NCBI GenBank assembly: GCA_030149205.1
Contig: JASBSB010000003.1
Span: forward strand, 360,001 to 392,000
DNA length: 32,000 nucleotides
Direction: 5' to 3'
DNA from: Candidatus Heimdallarchaeota archaeon
GTDB taxonomy: Archaea; Asgardarchaeota; Heimdallarchaeia; Heimdallarchaeales; Kariarchaeaceae
The first letter of the stretch is position 1; the number at the start of each line of letters is the position of its first letter. The position numbers were made by a program, and so were the translations under genes. The notes beneath the pieces are model-generated. The model saw nothing but the letters and a program-made list of their open reading frames with translations. It had not been told where the DNA came from and made no database searches. This document shows positions 25,610 to 32,000 of this stretch, one piece after another.

Positions 25610-28600
25610 ATGGGGATAAGCGAGGAAGACAGAAAAATTCAAGATTCTTTACAAGACAATGATTTGGTTGAAGTAGTTCAAGTCGATAGCTTTGTAGGTG
25701 ATGATTCTTCTATAGAGCAAGAGGACCTACCCGATACGACTGATAATCTTATACTCCCTAGAAAAAAAGAGAAATATCCAATACTAATTGAAGAAGGGTT
25801 GGATTCAAGAATAAAAAATTTCTCTAAAATTGATAGAAAGAGACTAAATAAAGCGATCAGTGATTTATCAAGCGGATATTGGGAACTAGGCATTCGAGTC
25901 AAAAAGCTTAAGGGACATAAGGAGACCGTATTTGAAGCAAGGTTAGACAGATCAAAACGAATTTTATTTCAATTCAGATCAGTTCCACTAGAAGGACAAC
26001 GAAAAAGGGTTGCCACAATTCTTCTGATGGACATTGTGAGACATAAGAAGGTAAATTCAGCATCGTCAAAACAAACCATTGAAAGATTGAACCTACAGAA
26101 GTATAACACGTACCTAACTGATAAGTCAATTGTTGAAATCGAAATCAAATCCCTCGATGAGATTCCTTATAAATACTACCCAATCCTTGATGAGATATTT
26201 AACCAAGAAAATGAATTACAACCAATTGAATCTTACGATGAAACCGGACTCCCCAACGGAATTAAATTTTACAGATTTGATAAAAAGATTCGTGAAATAT
26301 GGGTAAAGGATAATTTCCTACAAAAAACTCTTGCTTTAAGCCAAAATCAGCAGATTATAGTGTATAAAGATCCACCAGTTTTCATAAATGGTGGAGCAGG
26401 TACAGGTAAAACAACAGTACTCGCCCATATATACAAGGAAAATTGGGAAAACAAAAAGCGACAGACAATTTATGTGACCTTAACTCCTCAGTTAAGAGAT
26501 TTTATAAGGGAAATATTAAATGAGATGTTTGAGGAGGGACCCCTCCGAACAGAAACTCAAAAAAGAGTGATAACTTTTAACCAACTTTGCAAATTGATAC
26601 TCAGAAATGATTCTGAAAAGTTCGATGAAGATGATGAGGTAACTCTAGACAATTTCATCAAATGGATAGGGATGAGACAAAGTATAAAAAGAGATTTTGA
26701 CACTTTAAAGCTTTGGCAGGAATATTTTGGTGTAATTAAAGGCCAGTGTTCAGACCCCGAATTAGGTATTATTTCAAAAAAGGAATACCTTAAAAAACCA
26801 CGAGGTGTTTCGCTGTTTAATGAGGAGAAAAGAGAGAGAATTTATGAACTCTTAAGTGAATACTATAAAGAACAAAAATTCAAAAATAAATGGGACACAT
26901 TAGATCTTGCACAAACTACCTATGATAAACTTCTGAATTTAGATGAGAAAGAAGTTGATAATTTAAAAATAGAAGCCATAGTTTGTGATGAAATTCAAGA
27001 CCTGGTAATGATACAATACAGAGTGTTAAACATCATTTTAAGTTCTAAAATGACCATCCCAAACTTATATTTTGGTGGAGACACACAGCAGACTATAAAC
27101 TCCAGCAATTTTAGATGGGATGATCTCAGGTCGTTTATCTATCAGGAATACAAGGATTTTGAAATTAAGGTTCCTAAGTTGATCTATATGACCCGTAATT
27201 TTAGAAGTACCTCGGTCATCGTACAAACAGCGAATAAGTTTCTGGAATTTAAGAAAACCCTGGGATTAGCAAAGGCAGAAGACAAATTACAGGAGGGAAT
27301 AGAAAAATTTGACCAACACTACTACCCTGTTTTACTAATTAAGGGATCATTAGAAGATTTTATGACACATAAAGAGGAATTAGTGGAAAATACTGGGAGA
27401 TTAATTATCTCATACAATGAGCACAGACATTCTCAGTACAAGCAGTTTTTTGCTGAAGGCTATATAATGAAGGTAATGGAAGTTAAAGGTCTTGAATTTA
27501 TCTCTACTCTTCTCTATAATGTTGTTACAGATACAGAACTGGAATGGAGAAACATTCTTAATAAGGATTTACGAGAAAAATATATCAAGGAGCATGAGCT
27601 TGATGTTACCTACAGTCTGAGCAGGATCTATGTCGCTTTAACTAGAGCCAGAAGGAGCATTTTTATCTTTGAGGAGGATCCATATGCGGTTCAATTCTGG
27701 AGAGGGTTAATGTCGGATGGTTTCAAAGAAATTGAGTTTAGCGAGATGCTTAAGCTCTGGAAAGTGAAAATTTCAAAGGATGAAGCCCTAAGAGAAGCTG
27801 AATACTTTTATCGCGAAAGGAGATTTAGAATTGCCGCTGATTTTTACAAAAATGTAGGGGCACACCTTCTGGCCGAGAAGGCACTAGCAATGGATTATAT
27901 GCAGAACAAAAAATATAAAAAAGCTTTAAAAATCTTTCTTGACCAAAGCGAGGACAAATTAGCTGCAGAATGTTATGAAAAGCTTGAAGTTTTCCAAGAG
28001 GCTCAGAAGCATTACAAGATCGCGGGGGAAACAAAGCATAAAGTAAGGTGTCAGGCGCTATATGAAGTCTCCTTGGGTAATTTAGAAAAAGGAGCAAGAC
28101 TTTTTGAAAAGAACCAACAATATAGTAAAGCAGCACAATTATTTGAGGAATTGGGAAACAAAAGGGAAAGTTACAGATTAAAAGCCCTTAACTATGAATT
28201 TTACAAGGAATTTAACCTTGCTGCTAAGGAATGGAACAAGTATGGAGATAAAAATGAAGAATATAGATGCCTAACCAGATACCATGTAGAGAGAGAAGAA
28301 TTTGATCAAGCTGCTAAGATCGCAGAAAATAAGGAGAATTGGAATGACGCAATTGAATTCTGGAAAAAACATGGGGATAATAAAAATACATCCAGAGCAC
28401 AAGCATATCAATTATGGAAGGAGAGTCAATACTCTGATGCTGAAAATTTGTTAAGAAAATATGACCTCTGGGATGACCGCTTAAAATTATGGAAGAAGGA
28501 TAGGATTAAAACCGCAGAAATTTACAAAGAGAGGGGAAAAAAAGAAAAGAGGGATAGAGATCTTATACGAGCAATAGACCTCTACTTTGAACAAAATAAT

Positions 28601-30604
28601 ATTGAACAGGTTGAAGAAATAATCGAATTCATTATTGATAATCAAACAAAGATTCCAGTTTTAGAAAGGTTAGGAAAATTATTTGAAGCTGCGGAGCTTG
28701 CAGAGGAAAACAGATTATACAACAAAGCAGGTTCGTTATGGATCCAATTGCAAGAATTTGAACGAGCAATTAATAACTTTGAACTTGCAAAGAGTTGGAA
28801 CGAGCTTGGAGAAGTACTGGAACTTGTTGGGAGAAATGAAGAAGCTATACCGTACTTTGAAAGAACAGAGAACTGGTTAAAAGTGGCTGAAAATCAGGCG
28901 GTTATTGGTAAACACGCGGAATCTGCATTGACATTTGAAGAAAATGACTTCATAAAAGAGGCTATTATTCAATATAAGTTAGCCTTAAATTTTGAGAAGG
29001 TTATTGAACTTAGCAGATTGATCAATGACTATACTACAGTTATAGAGTATGCCAAAGAAATAGATGATAATAAGACCTTAGAGGAGATTTACAATAAGCA
29101 AGGAATGCATAAAGAACTGGCAGATCTTTACGTACAATTGAAAAAATATGAGAGAGCAACAAAATACTACGAGATTGCACTCGATTCAATCAAATATGAC
29201 CCTAAGGTCAGAGATGAGATTATAAATCAGTTAATCATGGTATATGGATCAAAATTGAAAAATTATAAGTCTGCAGCCGACTTAGCATTTAAGATCAAAT
29301 TATACGATGAAGCTATAAAATATTACAAAAAGTTGGAGGACTGGGAATCAGTTGCAAAAAGCTTCAAATTTAAGAAAAATCTCAGAAAGGCAGCTGAATA
29401 CTATGAAAAGGCTGAGAATTTTCTGGATGCGGGATATAATTATGAACGATCTGGTAAATTCGAAAAAGCTCTTGAGATGTTCAAATTAGCTGAAAATTAT
29501 GAAAGAGTTGTCAGACTCGCTGAAAAAAGAAACTGGAATGAAGAGGCAGCGATAGCTTATGAAAAATTAGAGGAATTCGAGAAAGCAGCTAAAAATTGGA
29601 AGCTAGCGGGAAACAACCTTAAATCGGATGTAAATTACATAAAAGCTAATCGACTTGATATTGTCATTACATCTAGAATCAACGATCAGAAATATGAAGA
29701 AAGTTGTATTTTTGCTGAACTTGCTGGTAATCAAAATGAAATTGTCCTACGATCACTTTTGAAACTGGAAGACAACTTTAGATTAGGAGAGTATTACGAA
29801 AATTTAGCGTTAACAGTAGATGAGGAAAAACATAACATAAGCAATTCTGAATCAATGAAAAATGATAAAGAGCAATCAAGTGAATCACTTTTCAAAATAG
29901 CATCAGAGTATTTTCAAAAGTCATATTCTGAATTGATGAATAATGAGAACGAGAAAAATACGGAGATTCGTAAAACACAAATATTGAGTTGTGTATATCA
30001 TCTTCTTTTCTGTGTGCATAGAAGTTCTGAAGAGAAGAAATATGAATATTTAAAATTATTGCCAACCACCTTCTTGGATCAATTTCCGGGTTCATTTCTT
30101 AACATATATTTCCTCCTTCTATCTGAATCTAAAGATGAAAAGGAAAAAGCAGCTATGAATTTAGTAATCTATAATTTCTCTATCCTTGATTTAGCTAGTT
30201 TAAACAGAGAAGACTTCAACATTTTAACAAAAATAATGACGGAGATGAAAAGAGAAGATGAACTACTTCAAGAATTCGAACGAAGAGGGATCGATGAGAG
30301 GCTTATCAATTATTGGGAGAAAAAGACTCACAGCGAAAAATCTAAATTTATTGACCTGGTCAAAGCGTCAGCATTCTTTAGAAGAGGAAAACATACAAAG
30401 GAATTGATATTTGCGTTGGAAAGGATTTTAGAAATAACAGAAAAGAAATCAAGAGCAAAGTATAAAGACTATTACGAATTAATTAGCCTTTATCGTGAAA
30501 TTGGAGATAAGGAAAAAGAAGCAGAAACTGAAGAGAGATTTACTAAACTGAAATCTAAGCGAAAACATCGTAAGAGTGGAAAGCGAAAATCTAAGAAATA
30601 CTGA
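25610..30604 (+). CDS. RelE-like domain, UvrD-family SF1 helicase and TPR-like alpha-solenoid fusion
   Basis: Walker A GGAGTGKTT (26390-26416), VCDEIQD (26981), GDTQQTI, NFRS, VKGLEF and YVALTRAR (27629); repeats such as KAAEYYEKAENF; N-terminal RelE-like segment; Lys/Arg-rich tail. Confidence 0.85.
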   Translation: MGISEEDRKIQDSLQDNDLVEVVQVDSFVGDDSSIEQEDLPDTTDNLILPRKKEKYPILIEEGLDSRIKNFSKIDRKRLNKAISDLSSGYWELGIRVKKLKGHKETVFEARLDRSKRILFQFRSVPLEGQRKRVATILLMDIVRHKKVNSASSKQTIERLNLQKYNTYLTDKSIVEIEIKSLDEIPYKYYPILDEIFNQENELQPIESYDETGLPNGIKFYRFDKKIREIWVKDNFLQKTLALSQNQQIIVYKDPPVFINGGAGTGKTTVLAHIYKENWENKKRQTIYVTLTPQLRDFIREILNEMFEEGPLRTETQKRVITFNQLCKLILRNDSEKFDEDDEVTLDNFIKWIGMRQSIKRDFDTLKLWQEYFGVIKGQCSDPELGIISKKEYLKKPRGVSLFNEEKRERIYELLSEYYKEQKFKNKWDTLDLAQTTYDKLLNLDEKEVDNLKIEAIVCDEIQDLVMIQYRVLNIILSSKMTIPNLYFGGDTQQTINSSNFRWDDLRSFIYQEYKDFEIKVPKLIYMTRNFRSTSVIVQTANKFLEFKKTLGLAKAEDKLQEGIEKFDQHYYPVLLIKGSLEDFMTHKEELVENTGRLIISYNEHRHSQYKQFFAEGYIMKVMEVKGLEFISTLLYNVVTDTELEWRNILNKDLREKYIKEHELDVTYSLSRIYVALTRARRSIFIFEEDPYAVQFWRGLMSDGFKEIEFSEMLKLWKVKISKDEALREAEYFYRERRFRIAADFYKNVGAHLLAEKALAMDYMQNKKYKKALKIFLDQSEDKLAAECYEKLEVFQEAQKHYKIAGETKHKVRCQALYEVSLGNLEKGARLFEKNQQYSKAAQLFEELGNKRESYRLKALNYEFYKEFNLAAKEWNKYGDKNEEYRCLTRYHVEREEFDQAAKIAENKENWNDAIEFWKKHGDNKNTSRAQAYQLWKESQYSDAENLLRKYDLWDDRLKLWKKDRIKTAEIYKERGKKEKRDRDLIRAIDLYFEQNNIEQVEEIIEFIIDNQTKIPVLERLGKLFEAAELAEENRLYNKAGSLWIQLQEFERAINNFELAKSWNELGEVLELVGRNEEAIPYFERTENWLKVAENQAVIGKHAESALTFEENDFIKEAIIQYKLALNFEKVIELSRLINDYTTVIEYAKEIDDNKTLEEIYNKQGMHKELADLYVQLKKYERATKYYEIALDSIKYDPKVRDEIINQLIMVYGSKLKNYKSAADLAFKIKLYDEAIKYYKKLEDWESVAKSFKFKKNLRKAAEYYEKAENFLDAGYNYERSGKFEKALEMFKLAENYERVVRLAEKRNWNEEAAIAYEKLEEFEKAAKNWKLAGNNLKSDVNYIKANRLDIVITSRINDQKYEESCIFAELAGNQNEIVLRSLLKLEDNFRLGEYYENLALTVDEEKHNISNSESMKNDKEQSSESLFKIASEYFQKSYSELMNNENEKNTEIRKTQILSCVYHLLFCVHRSSEEKKYEYLKLLPTTFLDQFPGSFLNIYFLLLSESKDEKEKAAMNLVIYNFSILDLASLNREDFNILTKIMTEMKREDELLQEFERRGIDERLINYWEKKTHSEKSKFIDLVKASAFFRRGKHTKELIFALERILEITEKKSRAKYKDYYELISLYREIGDKEKEAETEERFTKLKSKRKHRKSGKRKSKKY

Positions 30605-30674
30605 AGATAGCCCTTGAAACTATAACATACAAGCTTTGAAATTCTCTCCAACACTAAAAAATTTAAATATCTTC

Positions 30675-32000
30675 CTACTCTCTCCTCCAGATTGTACCAC
30701 TCTTATTGTCTTCAAGTATAATCCCCCGCTCTTTTAACTCATCCCGAATCTTATCTGATAGTGACCAATCTTTTTCTGAACGGGCCTGATTACGAATCGC
30801 TATCTGCTCTTCTATCCACTCAACTTCCTTATCAACTGTGTTGTCTTCGGATTGCAAGATTCCAAATACAAATAACATTTGTTGAAACTCATGCAGAGGG
30901 TTGAGAAATAGATGTCCACTAACCTTTGGAGCTACTCGAATAAACGAGTTAATTTCTTTTATCACCTTTTGAAATACAACAATGGCATCGGGTGAATTAA
31001 AATCATTCAATAGCTTACTCTGCAACTCAGTAAGTAAGGCTGATATTTTCAATGAAAATTCAACCACCTCTGGTGGTGATTTGAACTCTCCATTTTGCCT
31101 AGTCAATGCTTTGAATGCTGTATAAGTTGATCGAAACTTCTCAATCTGGGTCTTCGAATCTCTTAAATATTCTTCAGAATACTCTAGTGGCTTTCTGTAT
31201 TGAGCTTGCAAATAAAACCATCTTAGTGTATCTCCGTCATAGGTTTCAAACACTTCCTCTAGGTTCTTGAAATTGCCTGTGCTCTTACTCATCTTATCCT
31301 TGTTTATGGTAAGGAACCCATTATGAACGAAGAAATTGGAAAATTTTTTACCAGTGAACGATTCTGATTGAGCAATCTCATTTGTGTGATGAGGAAAGGC
31401 CAAATCTCTACCGCCACCATGGATATCAATGGTCTCTCCTAAAAGAGAGTGAATCATTGCAGAACATTCAATATGCCAACCGGGCCTCATTTTTCCCCAA
31501 GGTGTTTCCCAAAATGGTTCTTTAGGTTTAGAAAGTTTCATCAGAGCAAAATCCTCCCTACTTTCCTTGTCATATATATTTTCATCTGCCTCAGCAGATT
31601 GGGATTCCTCCAATTTAAAGTTTACAAGTTTTCCATAGTTCTTGAATTTCTTAACTCTAAAATAAACACCTGACTCTCTAGAATAAGCAAACCCTTTTTG
31701 AATTAGAACTCTGGTAATTTCCTCCATCTTAGGAATATATTCCGTTGCAAGAGGTCTGAGATTGGGCTCCAGAATGTTAAGAGCTAAATAATCGTGCTCA
31801 ATTGCTGGGATTATTTTCTGAGCTAATTCAGCTACAGAGATTCCATCCTTCTCTGCCTGAACAATCATCTTATCATCAATATCTGTGTAATTTGAGACAA
31901 ATTTTACACGATACCCTAAAAACATTAGCACCCGTCGTATGAAATCGAAAACCACCATTGACCTTCCATGTCCATGATGTGCCTTTGCATAAACTGTTGG
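30675..32000 (-). CDS. cysS: Cysteinyl-tRNA synthetase (5' end lies beyond the window)
   Basis: The frame stays open to the window end (PTVYAKAHHGHGRS precedes the ORF-track Met); NYTDIDDK, GRPGWH-like MRPGWHIECSAM, HGGGRDLAFPHH, KMSKS (31281-31295). Confidence 0.97.
   Translation of the reverse strand, partial: PTVYAKAHHGHGRSMVVFDFIRRVLMFLGYRVKFVSNYTDIDDKMIVQAEKDGISVAELAQKIIPAIEHDYLALNILEPNLRPLATEYIPKMEEITRVLIQKGFAYSRESGVYFRVKKFKNYGKLVNFKLEESQSAEADENIYDKESREDFALMKLSKPKEPFWETPWGKMRPGWHIECSAMIHSLLGETIDIHGGGRDLAFPHHTNEIAQSESFTGKKFSNFFVHNGFLTINKDKMSKSTGNFKNLEEVFETYDGDTLRWFYLQAQYRKPLEYSEEYLRDSKTQIEKFRSTYTAFKALTRQNGEFKSPPEVVEFSLKISALLTELQSKLLNDFNSPDAIVVFQKVIKEINSFIRVAPKVSGHLFLNPLHEFQQMLFVFGILQSEDNTVDKEVEWIEEQIAIRNQARSEKDWSLSDKIRDELKERGIILEDNKSGTIWRRE

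Noticed and set aside
7226-30604. Helicase solenoid as an alpha-SNAP partner of the SNARE-like protein
   Set aside because: About 18 kb apart, fused to a helicase, and only generic repeat similarity.
21152-30604. Integrated mobile element or defence island covering the unknown run and the helicase
   Set aside because: No integrase, transposase, tRNA or att repeats seen, and no obvious compositional shift by eye.
440-31673. Short ORFs in the track that overlap larger genes (for example 440-691, 5867-6169, 11035-11430, 14895-15248, 15318-15983, 27825-28136, 31449-31673)
   Set aside because: They are antisense or alternate-frame shadows of well-supported genes, with no motifs of their own.
1-32000. 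CRISPR arrays, tRNA/rRNA genes, selenocysteine readthrough
   Set aside because: No regularly spaced repeats or cloverleafs noticed (intergenic gaps are at most about 300 bp); all redox motifs use Cys codons in uninterrupted frames.

Overview
Low-GC (about one third by eye), gene-dense archaeal chromosome segment with about 27 CDS. I recognised no rRNA, tRNA, CRISPR array or transposase. An Asgard (Heimdallarchaeia-like) origin is inferred from two geranylgeranyl-reductase paralogs, GGTGA/GAGG ribosome-binding sites, TATA boxes about 26 bp upstream of apparently leaderless starts, a PGF-CTERM surface protein and eukaryote-signature-like domains. Housekeeping and redox content: lipB, lipA, cysS (truncated by the window end), two thioredoxins, a glutaredoxin-thioredoxin reductase fusion, a NapH-like polyferredoxin, and CBS, Nudix, DoxX and ACT proteins. 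Main highlights: (1) a 240-aa tail-anchored protein (7226-7948, minus) with a complete 16-layer Q-SNARE motif (zero-layer Gln184) and syntaxin-like layout; (2) about 1.5 kb away, a 7-TM protein with a C-terminal longin-like domain; (3) a 1664-aa fusion of a RelE-like RNase domain, a UvrD helicase and a long alpha-solenoid; (4) a degenerate PriS-like primase ending a run of three unknown genes; (5) a rifampin-phosphotransferase-like enzyme in an archaeon; (6) a 10-17 bp motif recurring in four intergenic regions. All domain calls come from motif reading by eye; no database searches were run.
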